Shown piece after piece: positions 1 to 13,300 of a stretch of DNA of 64,000 bases (position 1 is the stretch's first letter; the number at the start of each line of letters is the position of its first letter). This DNA comes from Squalus acanthias. Taxonomy: Eukaryota. The DNA lies in assembly GCA_030390025.1 (NCBI GenBank), contig CM059438.1:58158001-58222000 (forward strand), in the 5' to 3' direction. Both the position numbers and the translations under genes were made by a program. Below the pieces are notes generated by a model that saw only the letters and a list, made by a program, of their open reading frames with translations, was not told the origin of the DNA and searched no databases.

Positions 1-860
1 ACTACTGCTGCTACTGAGGTGCCTGGAGAGTGGAGAGAGAAGAGAGAAGAGGTAAAAAAATACATCAGAAGGGAGCAATTAAGGGATCCATTGCCTCCCT
101 TAATTGCTCAACCCACAAACATTTCGCACTTTTCAGCTAATCAATCTGTATGCATGCATTTCTCCCATCCTGCCTCCCTCCCCTCACCTTAACCCGACTC
201 TTGTGCCTTTATGCTTTCAGATAATGAGGAAGCACCTGAGCAGCCTGTCCCTGAGGGCACCATAGAAAGCGAGGCGGGAGAAGAGGAGGAGGAAGAACAC
301 ACTGCATGTCTCACCCGCAGGCTCCAGCTCAGATACTGGCACTATGCATTCTTTAGAGGCTAGTATAGTAGCGGGATCTGCACAGGGTGAGGCACCGGGG
401 ACAAGTGGGCTGCAGCAAGGCCGGGCGAAAGGGTATCTCGGGGGCCATCTTCCCGGAGAGCGGGTATGCGCACGAGTTCTGCTGCACAGGACTCAGATGA
501 GGACCTCGATGGGGAGGCATTTAGAAGAAGGGTGATGGGCATGCACACGGAGATGATAGGTGCAATGGCAAAGGTGCCCGAGAGCCTCTCTGTAATGGTA
601 AGAAGCGTGGAGGAGTCTGTCTCCAACATTGCACAAAGCTCTGTGCACACCATGGAGCCCATCATTTCCAGTCTACAAAGGATGGTAGACTCCCAGAGAG
701 ACTGTGGCGACCCAGCCCTGATGCTGCGTGTGATGGGCGATCTGGCAGCTTCCATTGCAGCACAGGCGGAAGCGATGCCACGTCTTAGTGCTGTAATGCA
801 GTCTATGGTTGGTGCCATAGCAGGCAGATTAAGGGAAAACCGATTGCAGAGGACGCCAAC
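1..860 (+). mobile_element. PIF/Harbinger Myb/SANT accessory-gene fragment
   Basis: ORF 466-888 (RTSSAAQDSDEDLDG...) homologous to ORF 50022-51098. Confidence 0.8.
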
Positions 861-898
861 GTATAACGTTTCATCTGTCAATCAGTGACATTCTCTGT

Positions 899-1181
899 AG
901 TTTGATGAGGTCTTGAATTCAAGACCTCATCAAACTTCTTTCTTTTACAGAAATGAGATGGTTGTTGCATCTGAGAATGCAACGGCCATCTCTCATCTGC
1001 AACACGGAGGTCAGAGACTCTCCGCATACAAACCGACTGAAGCCTGCAGGAAGAAATAAAGGTCAGTACACTTTTACTAACACCTTGCACTTACCTCAGA
1101 TACTCACCTCTACACTCTTGCACCCATCACTTACCTTCACAGCACACTTTTGCACCCCCCCCCGACCCCCGCAGACCCAGT
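899..1181 (+). repeat. ~283-bp module, copy 1 (copy 2 at 1914-2198)
   Basis: Visible direct repeat; near-duplicate ORFs 953-1231 and 1968-2243. Confidence 0.9.
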
Positions 1182-1468
1182 ACTCGCTGACCTGGCGGGT
1201 TTTTGAGCCTTCGGGAAGCCCGCCATTGTGAGGGCAAAAAGGGGATAATCCTATTTTCTGCCTGTTAACTACCTGTTAACAGACAGTTAATGGGCTTTAA
1301 TCCCTTCCCGCCTCCAAGGAGACGGGACCCGGCGTAGGACGGCTACCCGCCTCCTGGGAAGATGGCATGGAGGCGGGTCGGGGGCGGGTTCGGCACCCGC
1401 CCCCAAATTCTGCCATTTTCCCGGCAGTCCTGCCTCCATACCTGCCTCCCCAGGGCTGGCAAAATCGC

Positions 1469-2631
1469 CCTCGTAATCCCTTCTCCTACTATAGAGAGCC
1501 TCTATAACCTCCCGGATGCAGCGATGGACGGCGAACTGCGAGATGTTTGCTATGTCTCCTGTTGCAGACTGGAAGGATCTGCTGGTGAAGAAATTGAGGG
1601 TGACAGTGACCTTGACTGCCACTGAGAGAGCCGTGGTCACCCTAATCTGAGGCTGGAGGTCTGGTTGCAGGAGGTGGCAGAGTTCTGTGACCACCTCCTT
1701 CTAATACACTGCTCCTCGCTTAATTGGAGGTAGGAGAATTACTCTCGGAATACCCTCGGAGGGTAAGGCCTCCTGTTGAGAGGCCTGATGGCCCTCCTCC
1801 TTCCTCTGGCCACATGTTCCAGTCTTTCTCGCTGCCTCCACTCCCTCCGCTGTAGATCCTGGAGGGCGAGGTCGACTGCCAGTACAGCCCCCATTAATGT
1901 AACCAAGTGTCGCAGTTTGATTTTTTAATGAATTCAAGTCCTCATCAAACTCCTTTCTTTTACAGAAATGAGATGGTTGTTGCATCTGAGAATGCAACTG
2001 CCATCTCTCATCTGCAACACGGAGGTCCGAGACTCTCTGCATACACACCGACTGAAGCCTGCAGGAAGAAACAAAGGTAAGTACACTTTTACTAACACTT
2101 TGCACTTACATCAGATACTCACCTCTACACTCCTGCACCCATCACTTACCTTCACAGCACACTTTTGCACCCCCCCCCCGATGCCCGCAGATCCAGTTGC
2201 CTCAACACTCCTGATACTAAATAACGTTGAAATTACGGAATGAGACTGTTGCACTATATGAAACTGACAAGAAAACACTGAAACTCCACTAACCTACAGC
2301 TGTGACTCATTACTGATGATCCCTTTAAATAACGTCCCCAGAGCTGGCTTCCTGCTGCTTCGCGCCAGCTCTCCCTGTCGCTGTTTACTCCAGGCACTAA
2401 GGTAGGTGGCAACAATCAATTTCGCAGGTCAGGCGGCCAGTGAGCATTGCACCTGGCGTTGAGGCTCCTGGTGATAACTGTTAGCAGCAGCGCTGCGGGG
2501 AGGGGGGGGGGGGGGCGGGATTCGGCGTGCAGCATTGGATTTGCCTCACCCCAGCGATAATGCTCGAGCGCCCCGTTAGCACCATCTGCTGGTGCTAACG
2601 GGAGGCGCTAAGGTACCGAATTTTTCCCCCA
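1469..2631 (-). mobile_element. Harbinger transposase N-terminal fragment plus element terminus
   Basis: LSVAVKVTVTLNFFTSRSFQSATGDIANISQFAVHRCIREV (HARBI1-like HTH); terminal cgaatttttccccc. Confidence 0.8.
1914..2198 (+). repeat. ~285-bp module, copy 2
   Basis: High similarity to 899-1181. Confidence 0.9.
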
Positions 2632-3491
2632 GAGTTTTTTTTAAAGAATTCTGGAGCGCAGGGGCATGGAAGATGAAGGCTGCGCTAGTGTTGGCAGAGC
2701 AGAGGTGCAAATGGGGATGTAAGACTAGAGGAGGTTGTGGAGTATAGCCATGGAGTGATTTGTAAATGAGGATGAGAAGTTTGAAAGCCATGCTTTGGCA
2801 GATGGGTAGTTAATGGAAATTGTTGAGGACCAGGTTGATTGCTGAGCAGAACTTAATACAGGAAATGCTATATGTAGCACAGCATGAGAGAGTTCAGCCT
2901 CGTAATGAAGACAAGGATGTAGATTTTAGCGATGGTTCAGCTCAGATATGGATGGAGGTGGTAGAAATAGGATGTCCTGGTGATGGACTGAATGTGGGGT
3001 TTGGAGTTTAGTTCAGGACACCAAGGTTGCACAACATCAGTTCAACTTAAACATGCAGCTGCGAAGGAGAATTGGCCAGACCAGACAGTCGGCGTGAGAC
3101 CTCTCAACCCAGTCTATAAGCATGAAACACAACCAGCTAGTAGGTATGAGATCCTTCTCGACCAGGCAATGAAGATGAGATCCGACCATGCTAGCCAAGA
3201 GAGACACATTAATAGCTCAACAACAGAATAAAAGAAGCTAATTCAAAGGAGTTGAACTGAAATGTTGAAAAAATCCTGCAAAGAACAAAACAGCAATTGT
3301 TATTTTAAGCTGTAAAGCAACAGCACGAGGAAAATAATGTACATCTGTACCAATATCATGTAACCTCCTTCAAGTAATCAGGATCCCCTGTAAGCAAGAA
3401 AGTACTTCTCATCACTTTATTACTAAGTTTTCTGTTGAAGTGAGTGTTGGACACATCTGAATTTCCCCTATTCACCCTATGTGTTTGTTTG

Positions 3492-4396
3492 ATGATGCGG
3501 AGATGCCGGTGTTGGACTGGGGTGGACAAAATTGAGAGGTCGCACAACACCAGGTTATAGTCCAACAGTTTTATTTTAAATCACAAGCTTTCGGAGTTAA
3601 AACTCCTTCGTCGGGTGAAGTGAGGAGATACAGAATCGTCAAAGCATATATAGATAGAGAACAAAGCATGTGTAACTTACAATTGCAGACAACTGAATTC
3701 AATCATCCTGACTGTTTATCTGCCGAGGTGTGATAAAGTTAATCAGGTCAGCCAGGAAGGTACCACATCAAAGACATAGCAAGATACAACTGAGACAATG
3801 AGGTGGAATCGCATGGGGTCGAACGTGTCAAAAGCTGCCGTCTGTATGTAAAACGATTAACTTTAAAATTTTTACTTTTTTACTGGGAATCACATCTGTG
3901 AACAAGCCAACGACGACTCGAGTCCGGATCACGTCATGTATCGTGACATAAACCCAAGATCCCAATTGAGACCGTCTTCATGAGTGCGGAACTTGGCTAT
4001 CAGTTTCTGCTCGATGATTTTGCGTTGTCGTGTTTTCCTAAGGTCGCCTTGGAGAACGCTTACCCGCAGATCCAAGGCTGACTGCTGAAGTGTTCCCCGA
4101 CTGGGAGGCAGGATTCCACCTCATTGTCTCAGTTGTATCTTGCTATGTCTTTGATGTGGTACCTTCCTGGCTGACCTGATTAACTTTATCACACCTCGGC
4201 AGATAAACAGTCAGGATGATTGAATTCAGTTGTCTGCAATTGTAAGTTACACATGCTTTGTTCTCTATCTATATATGCTTTGACGATTCTGTATCTCCTC
4301 ACTTCACCCGACGAAGGAGTTTTAACTCCGAAAGCTTGTGATTTAAAATAAAACTGTTGGACTATAACCTGGTGTTGTGCGACCTCTCAATTTTGT
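3492..4396 (-). mobile_element. 5'-truncated Penelope-like element with inverted pLTR (285-bp arms 3526-3810 / 4112-4396)
   Basis: GIY-YIG C-terminal remnant on minus strand (LPVGEHFS...QRKIIEQKLIAKFRTHEDGLN); hammerhead-like motif in both arms. Confidence 0.85.
4304..4341 (+). ncRNA. Minimal type I hammerhead-like motif with variant core CCGACGA (mirror copy 3581-3618, minus)
   Basis: tcac-CCGACGA-a-ggagtt/aactcc-GAAA-gc-tt-gtga. Confidence 0.65.
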
Positions 4397-4969
4397 TTGC
4401 TCAACCAGTAAAGAGAGAAAAAAAATGCTGCTGCCATAACTGATTGTGAGTATGAAGTAGCATCTCATGGGCCAGGAACCTTTTAAAAAATAAAATATAG
4501 CCTTGATGTAAAGTCAACCTCCAGCTGGCCTTACCTCTGCCAATATTCTCATTGTTAACATTTCTTAGTGTTAGCAGCCGTTATTGGTGGTGCTAATGTT
4601 AAATTTATGGTTCATTGTAAACAAGAGTTTTGTCCTGTTGCTGAAGAGCCAATTTTAACACCACACGCCCGATGAGAACGGGACATGTGTGGGATTAAAA
4701 TAAAGGCAGCTTCCTACCCTCCAGGTTGGCACTGCACTCAGGCTGACCGCCAGTTTAACTGCCGTGTTTCAGGCCGTGTGTGAGACCCTCACTGTGACAG
4801 GCGAGGGCCTGACAAATATGCAAAAATCATGGTTCAATTACATAAATAGGACCCCAACGTGACTTTAATGCGCAGTTATGCGACCCACAAATAGTGCCGA
4901 GCTCACCATTGAAAGCTGCCAGCAGGCAAGATTAGGCGCAGAAGAGGGTCAATAATATAAGTTTTCCAA

Positions 4970-5385
4970 GTGTAAGCTGTGGCTCAGTAGTCGCACTCTC
5001 GCCTCTGAGTCAGAAGGTTGTGGGTTCAAGTCCCACTCCAGAGACTTGAGCACAAAAATCTAGGCTGACAATCCAGGTCAATACTGAGGGAGTGCTGCAC
5101 TGTCAGAGGTCTTTTGGATGAGATGTTAAACCGAGGCCCCATCCGCTCTCTCAGGTGGACGTAAAGATCCCATGGCACTATTTTGAAGACGAGCAGGGGA
5201 GTTATCCCTGGTGTCCTGGCCAATGTTTATCCCTCAATCAACATCACAAAAACAGATTATTTGGTCATTATTACATTGCTGTTTGTGGGGCCTTGCTGTG
5301 TGCAAATTGGCTGCTGCGTTTCCTACATTACAACAGTGACTGCTCTTCAATAGTACTTCATTGGCTGTAAAGCTTTGGGATGTCT
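4970..5385 (+). mobile_element. tRNA-derived SINE (DeuSINE/SacSINE1-like)
   Basis: A box tggctcagtag, B box ggttcaagtcc; homologous to 34443-34870. Confidence 0.85.
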
Positions 5386-5927
5386 TACTTACTTTACTTT
5401 TTACTTTTTAACCTTTTTTGAACGTTCCTTGTGGGCCAAAAGGCTCCTCCGGGTGCCACTGGAAACCATGGGCTTCCCCATCCTGGACTTTCCCCTCCCT
5501 TGACCACGATCACCTCTGGACATCCCCCGACATACTTACCTGACTGCTGGGGACCATTTCCTCGAGGCTCCAGCGGTAGCCTCCTGTCACCCAAAATCCC
5601 ACTCCCGCCCACCTGCCAGGGATTCCCACTGGGATCAGACGGCAGACTCACCTGAGAGATGGAAATGAGGCCTGGGCGTTAAAATTGCCCTGGCTTCACT
5701 CCAGCGCAGCCGGGCGAACTTCATATTCGCTTCGTCGCCCCCACATCAAATTTGCGGGGCTTTGGTGTAATTTGATGGGTACTCAATGTTAATTAACAAT
5801 GTTACAGGCTTTTCAGAATAGAAGTCATTCATGCAAATATTTTACTCGAATCAAAAGCCTGAGCTTCAGAGTGTTTACAGTTGAAGAACACCACGTAAGT
5901 GACAAACACCTTTTAAACTAATTAATT

Positions 5928-5933
5928 TTTATT
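5928..5933 (-). terminator. Candidate distal polyadenylation signal (AATAAA) of grin1
   Basis: AATAAA at the end of an AT-rich unique block just before TE-dense sequence resumes; GU-rich sequence follows on the minus strand. Confidence 0.35.
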
Positions 5934-8786
5934 GTTTCAGAATAGTTGAAAAAAGTTTGTCCATTTTCAGTACCATGCATTACCTATAACTAACTGCAAA
6001 CCAGATTTACTTTGAGTTAACATAAGCATTCTCAGGCACTATACATTACCCACTGGCACAGGGAACAATACAAGTTGAATCCCCTATAATTGTGTCAGTG
6101 TCCGACAGCGGTGAGTGAGACAGGTTAAGTGCATTACAAGAATTCCACATAGAAAGCAGATAAGAGACTAGCTCCCTAATGTCAACTTACAATCACAATT
6201 ACTACTTTACAATTCAACTACATAAAATAATTTAACAGATCTCTAGTTCTCGTCACTGTAAAAATGGAATAATAATTTCTGTCATGTTCACGAATATTTT
6301 GGCAGTTCATTATGTAAGAATTCCAATAGCATTTCAGTCCAATTAAAGAAAATAGCCTGCAGCGTCTCTCTATCGTCTTCCACTCCCAGGTGCAAGTAGG
6401 AAATAATTCTCAATATGTATGAGAGGGAGGAAAACCCACAAGGTAAAAATCTACTGTACAGGTGCAAGTGAGAAATAAATGTGTGGAAGGGATGCAATCG
6501 TCAGCTGGTGTGTGGCTTCACAGGTCACTAACAGCAATCCTATCTAAGTTGCATAATTTAATTTTAGAGAGATTCTTGGGCAAGGTGGATCAATAACTGT
6601 GCCTCCTCTTCACTCATGGACTTGTATCCCAGCCCTAAACAGGTTTGGAGATATCAGATGCTGCACATATGTTTTAATAAGGCCAATATTGGAAAAAAAA
6701 AGTGAATTTTGAGTCTTAGATGCAGAGGTCAGCTGTCAATGAATTAGAAGATGGTGATTCAGTTGAGTTCAGTTGACGTGAGATGTTTTCATTAATAATG
6801 CTGCAAGACTTGAAAACATGGCACAGGACATCACAGAGTACTAGACTAACTGGAAGATTTTAGACATTCTAATGATGATACCCCATCTCAAATCCCACTT
6901 CATCTGCTTCCAAGGAAGGATCTCTGCCTTATTAATGTATAAAACTGTCAGATCCTTAATGTGTTTCAGGGCCCTAAAGATCTTTTGGGTGTTCCACTGG
7001 ACTCGCACAGAAGGGACTTGATTGTGCCAGGTCTCTGTCATCTCTGGGAGTTTCTGCCCACCTTTTATAAGGCAAAGAACACCCAGGAGCTGGGTCTCCC
7101 TGCAATAGGAGGTCCTGCTTCTCAGCTCTGTCAGAATGTAGTGTTGCACTGGAGACCAATACACCCAGTGAGATGAGGCATACTGGCCTCCAGATGGATA
7201 TTAGTGGGTCCCCACTGTGGCAGTCCAGGCCAGGAAAGGGGCCTGGACCTCTGCAGAATGACAAAATACATTTTTTTAAATAAAATTGAGGGAAGACCAC
7301 ATGGTCTCAGTGATGCCCCAGGGAAACCACCCCCCACCCTCCCAAAATTAGCGGCCAGGCTAGATTTTAGCCGTTCAGCTGCAGGCCTGGTTTCTCCCTT
7401 CGCTTCGTCCTCCCAGAGTGGGATTCCAAGATGTATCCCATGCAGAAAAAGGCTGGGCTAACTAAGTGTAGAATAACTTTCAAATTGAGTGCCAAAAACC
7501 CTTTCAAAATATCTTCCAGCTCGTCTAGCACTCTGTGACATCAATGAATAAACAAATCTCTCAAAATGCTGTATAATTCAGTGCCGCTTAATTACTGTTT
7601 GAAACACCATCCTGTCTTCTGCCCACTATTTGTGAGTGGGACTAGGAAATAGCGTTATGTGGGCAGAAAGATCAGGAAATCATGATTGTAATGACATTAT
7701 GTGACTCCAATTTAAATATATTAATGAGACTTCTGCCTGCCTCGGATGGGAGGTCTAGGCAACAGAACTCCCCGCACCTCCCTCCACCCCTCCCTGTGAA
7801 TAACTGTGTGGCCTCAGAAACTGGCGCAATGTGGACCAGAGCAAATGTGGCAGCGAGGAGTCAAAAATTGGCCCCAAATTGTAGTGTGGCATTGTGGTTG
7901 CATTAGAGATAACACTGATGACATATCGAAAGGAAGTCTTGCTTATGCTATACAGAGAGAGTACATATTGGGATCCTGTTGGTTACAATTTTTCCAGTGA
8001 GTAGATCCGACACTAAAAGCATGAATAGTGAAGTCGCTAGTGCATCATGATATTGCTCATTGGATATAAATGATATCCAGTGGGACCCCACCAAATTGAC
8101 TGTTTTTACCATGGTATCATAGTTTTTAATTTAAAACAAAATGTTGGCTCATTCATGCCAACCATTTTATACTAATTGCTCAGTGGTGCTACACTTTTTT
8201 TTCAAACTTGGATTGCCACCACACGTGCACAGACAAGTATGCAACCTGTCATGGTTGAGTGTACTGCCCACACCCAGAGGCACTGCAATACAATATGTTA
8301 ATGCTGTTTCACTCATCTGCACACAGATTGAGTTGTATTTTCTTTCATCTACTAAGGTTAGCAAAGAAATTGGTGTGATTATGAAGCAGGTTTCCCCACT
8401 TTCATAGAAATTACAGCACGGAGAGAGAACTTTAGGCCCATCACATCCTGCGCTGGTGCTAGCTCTTCACCTGAAGCTATCCACTCTAATCCTATTTCAC
8501 TTCTCTTTCCCATATGCTTTTATATTCTTCCATTTCAAATACCTATACAATCTATACAATTCCATTTCAAATGAAGTTATGGTCTGTGACTCAATAGCCA
8601 CTTCTAGTAAAGCATTCCATGTCTGAATGACCCTGTATTACATTTATTCTAACTTCCCCCTTCATTCTTCTGATGATGATCCTTTGTTATTGATTCACCA
8701 AGTACCAGAAACAATCTCTCACCGTTGGCCTCAAAATTTTTTTGAATTTTGAAAACTCTGCTGTAGTGTTCCAGTGAAAAAAGACA

Positions 8787-9402
8787 CAGGCCCCGATATT
8801 AGCTTGGAGGTGGGGAGGGAGCTGGGGGGGCTGTTTTGCGTTCTGGAAACCCGGAAGAACAGGTTTCCCTCAGGTCCTGCCCAGTTTAAAGGCAGGATCT
8901 GATTAACATTTTTTGTCTCCGATCCTGGCCGCAGCCAGCCAGACTGAGGGGCTGGCTGTCTGTGAGGCAGGTAGGCCTTTGGCACAAGGCCACAGCCCAG
9001 GAGTGGAGAGGAGGGAGGAAGGCCAGGGGGAGGTGGAAGATCGTGGCTTGGGGAGTGGGGGGGAGATCATGGCTCGGTGAGGGGAGGTGTCTGATCATGG
9101 GGGGGTAGAGGTGGCGGGAGGAAGGAAGCAGGTAAGTGGAAAGACACTTAGCTGCTGGATCCAGCAGTCCTTGCCTCCCTTTAGCTGCCGGGTTTCCCGA
9201 GGCCCTGAAAACACGGCTGGCCAGAGTTACATTTAAAATGGAGATTAAATTTGAGGCACACAGCCTCATTATAATATTTAAATGACAAACCCGCCTCCTG
9301 GGGTGTGGGAGTATACGTGCCAGGTGGGAATGGGTTTGAAATTTTTAACATTTTAACATCCCACCTGACCCAAACCTACCCATTTTTGAGGGTTAAAATT
9401 CT
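8787..9402. mobile_element. GC-rich non-autonomous DNA element (MITE-like) in the putative 3' UTR
   Basis: Sharp GC shift and resemblance to other MITE-like elements here; ends degenerate. Confidence 0.4.
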
Positions 9403-10209
9403 CATCATAATTTTTCAAGCCTTTTTTCAGAGCTATAACCTCCCATTCCTGGTATCATTTTACTGAACCTTTGCCGTACCCTTTATACTCACTTTATATA
9501 CTCACATTGACTTTTCACTAAATTTAGCAAGTGGAAGAAAATATGCACCGATTATATCTACTTACTAGAACATAGCCAGTTATTAAGTGTGGTTTCAAAA
9601 TATGTCCCAACAAAATCTATGATTTTTACCTCCTTAACACTACTTTAAGTGTAGATTTGGCACAACAATGATAAGAAACGCAACAAGTTGGCTGTACTCT
9701 CCTCTAACTCACAATGTGCCTTTGCCCCTTCAGAAGCACACCAACTATTGCACCAGTGTCATTATTTCCTTTTCTCACACTAGCCCTTCTTGTGGTCTCT
9801 CTCATTAAGCTTGTCAAGTAGATGACAATTTGTACTGAACAAAGGGTAGTTTTGTGCTGTGGGTTAACGCCTACTAGGCACTGAGTTGAATCTGTCCCAA
9901 ACTCATTTCACTTATTGCATCCAGCAAAAAGAAGAAACTATCATCCCACTGCTCTGGGATAGATTCGTGGCAGGTCACAAAGGTGAAAGAATACTGTGCT
10001 AACCCACTGTGCCGCCCAGTTTCTCCATATTGATAGTTTGCTGAATAACTTTAATACTGATGGTTCAGTGAGGAATACTGAAGATTTGCTGAATAATTTT
10101 AACAGTACAGTTTGATGAATAACTAATAGTAAAGGTTTTGTAAGTAACTAAAACACCAATAGCAGAATAAACTAACACTGATGATTTTGTTGTGATTCCA
10201 TTGCAGCTT

Positions 10210-10215
10210 TTTATT
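10210..10215 (-). terminator. Candidate proximal polyadenylation signal (AATAAA) of grin1
   Basis: AATAAA about 115 nt past the stop codon. Confidence 0.35.
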
Positions 10216-10330
10216 CTCTTTTCCTTTCACTCTGGCCATTGCTGGTGATCTAAAGTCTTGCTGCTGTTGGACAATAATTCTTGAGTCTCTTATTTCTTTC
10301 TGGTTTTAAACATCAATGTTCTGGGCAGAA

Positions 10331-10399
10331 TTACACCACTGTGCTGACAGAGGGGTCTGAGAGGTTCAGTTGCCCACTTATATCAGTCGGGTGGTATTG
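10331..10399 (-). CDS. grin1: GluN1 terminal C2' exon coding part: QYHPTDISGQLNLSDPSVSTVV*
   Basis: Strong (ct)n-ttattttgcag acceptor; 22 aa + TAA; class I PDZ ligand STVV. Confidence 0.98.
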   Translation of the reverse strand, partial: QYHPTDISGQLNLSDPSVSTVV

Positions 10400-13300
10400 C
10401 TGCAAAATAAGAGAGAGAGAGAGAAGTTAAAGCCAGCATTCCACAAGTATATTGAAGAATCAGTGTGTCCTCCATCCCAAACATCTGCCTGTCTGAGTGT
10501 ATATCACTCAAGGCACTTTAGTTACAGCTATTATTCAATTCTGATAAATATACATTGAATTTGTCAAGAAATGCTATCCTTGGATTAGGATTTCTTTATT
10601 AATGGAGGAGATGGAAAATAGTACATTGGAAAAAGTTTGGATCCAATGTGTAGCCTGGACTCATCATAACCACCAACAGTAATACTGAGTGATAGACTAT
10701 AAGCAATAATTGTAATTGTAATTCATTTTTATTGTATTTTTCTTTTTTATATCTTCGGTCTTTCTATTATTCTGCATGGCAGAATGTGTTGCTTAAAGTA
10801 GGATGTCAGTGATCATATAAGATTATATCAAGTCCAGCAGTGATGCTTTCTAAACTGAGAGTAAAAAGGTGTTTGGTAAATTTAACATTAATCACCGTGG
10901 TGATCCCCTAGGAGTGCTCTTAATGTATATCTCAAAGCTCTGTACTCATGGGGAGGGGTGATATTCACTCTCACTGCCTGGACGGTAATCTGGCAGACTG
11001 AATCACTCATCCATTGTAGAACCTGCCCAATTTTCATCCCATTGATTTTGGGTGGGTTCTACAACAGGCAGGTGATTCCCTTCATCGGATTACCACTCAG
11101 GTGGTAAAAGTGAAAATGACTTTCATGGATTCGAGTCCCAATCACCCACCTGTATTACCCTCAGATGACAAATTATATCAAGTTTCAAGTGAGCTGTCAA
11201 ATGGAAAGATAAGGGGAGAGACTTTCAGGCTGGGCACCAACTGGACGCGATATTGGCAATGTGCGCATGATGCCCAATGTGACAGTCATGAGGCCCAAAC
11301 CACTTTCAGGTTCAGGCCTCTAACGTTTTTTTCAGCACGCTGTGGGCATCAAATGGGCAGCTCGCTGCAGCTCACTAGTTTAATTGGGAGAAAGATTGAC
11401 TGGCTACCCACGCAGCCGGCTGGCAGGTAATGCCTGTTGGGGGAGGGGAGCGGATGCTGGGGATGCGCCTCCTGGCCCCATAAAAATCTTACCTTTTGGG
11501 AGAGGCCTCCAGCAGTCTAGTTAGGGACCACTGATTAGGTCTCTCAGCACCTGGAGAAATGGGATTGGTATGTGCCATACATGTTTAGCCCATTTCGCCT
11601 TGAAAATGGGGATCCCCCACAACAGGCGTAGGACCCCAACCTGCATATTTAAATGGCCTCCCATCTGTTTTGGGTGGGAGTGCTGGTTGCTCATTTAAAG
11701 GCCTGCCTGAAGGTTCATTCAAGTGGGCAAATAGGTGCAATAGATCCCCATCAGGCTTTCAAGTGGTGTTTGCCCATTTTCAGACTAGAAATGGGTGGCT
11801 GGCAGTTGAAAGTCTTCCCCAAGGAAATCTAAAAGCATTATCCTTTTCTGCTCCAGACCTCTCCAATCCAGCTTCAACCCAGCCAGTTTCTTGTCCTTTT
11901 GACTTTAATCTCTTTCTGCTCTTTGTGTTACAACTTTGTTTTTATGACCTGTGCACTGCAGCTTATTCTGTTCAGCCTGTTGTTGACTGATGTTTGGTAT
12001 GGAAGAGGGAGTGTTCACACTGTAGAATCCGCACCAAGTACAAACAGTAACATACAAGGAGAAGGATAGGGATAAAGAGACAGGAGAGTCCCAATGAAAT
12101 TAATTGGATTTAACAAGTAAAATCTTGATCTTAATAGGGTATTCAATCTGTCAGGGATGGAAATTATTTCAAACTATTACATTAACACTTCCAAACAAGT
12201 TTATTTTAATATGTACCAGTTCATCAGAAGAGATAAAAAGTGAACTTAATTCAATTGAAATAATTGTGATCTGATACCTTGTATATTGTGAATACTATTA
12301 TCATTGAACATTAGTTCACACAAAATTCATCCAGCTGTTGTGGGCTGTGGATGCTGTTTGGTGGTTGGGAATGGGGTGAGGTTGAGGGTGGGTTTTGTCA
12401 TGCTAGTGACAGAAACCAGTCCAGAATTGCCATACATATAGGAAACAAAAGATTGGCGGAAAGTTAAAACTTCTCACACAGAATTTCTGAGAGATCTTGC
12501 TTACAAATCCCAGACTTTACGATCAACTTGGATTATTGCGTTGATGCAGGTTATAGGCATCTACAACATTTTCAATTTTGTTGCCAAACCAATGCTTTGT
12601 TCCGTGTTGTCCAAAGTCATTGTGGTTGTAGAAATGATTGACTGTAGCCACGTTTACTGGAGGGTATTATCCAATAATAGTTAAATACATAGAACACTAC
12701 AGGGGCATTGTATCAAAAAAATATTGTGCAAGATCTCAGTTCTCAGGCTGTTATACACTCAAGAAATAATGGTTGTAGGGTAATTTTAAAGTAAAGTTTG
12801 GGATATACAGTTTAATAGTGTTGAGCCACACCTCAGTGATCCACCCTACCTCCTGGCACAACTCACTACCATAGAAAACCAGGTAGGGCCAGCATTTTCT
12901 TCACTACTTCACAAAATTCATCAACTGAACTGTCAGACATTTTTACTTCAGGACTTCACATAGTCAGGGATTGGTGTAATCATGGTTGAGGGCCATGAAG
13001 ATGAGGATCATGATGACAGTCCAGGTTGACCTAGAAATCAGTGGAAACCATACCAGAGCATGGGGCTTATCAAGAGCTGTCACAGCCCAAAAGTGATACC
13101 AAGTGACATTAAATCCAGTTAGTGACTGTACTATCACTAAACCAGTTAGCAATGGCTACTCAGTGAAATACATGTATTAGGAAGGAACACAGAAAACATT
13201 TTATCAAAACTCATCTGTTATTCTGTGGAACTTTCCAAATGAGATGCTTCCTTCTCAGAGCCAAATGCTTATATATTCAGCCCCAGCCCTTTTTAAACAC

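Noticed and set aside
4975..5040. tRNA gene
   Set aside because: SINE head that continues into a SINE body
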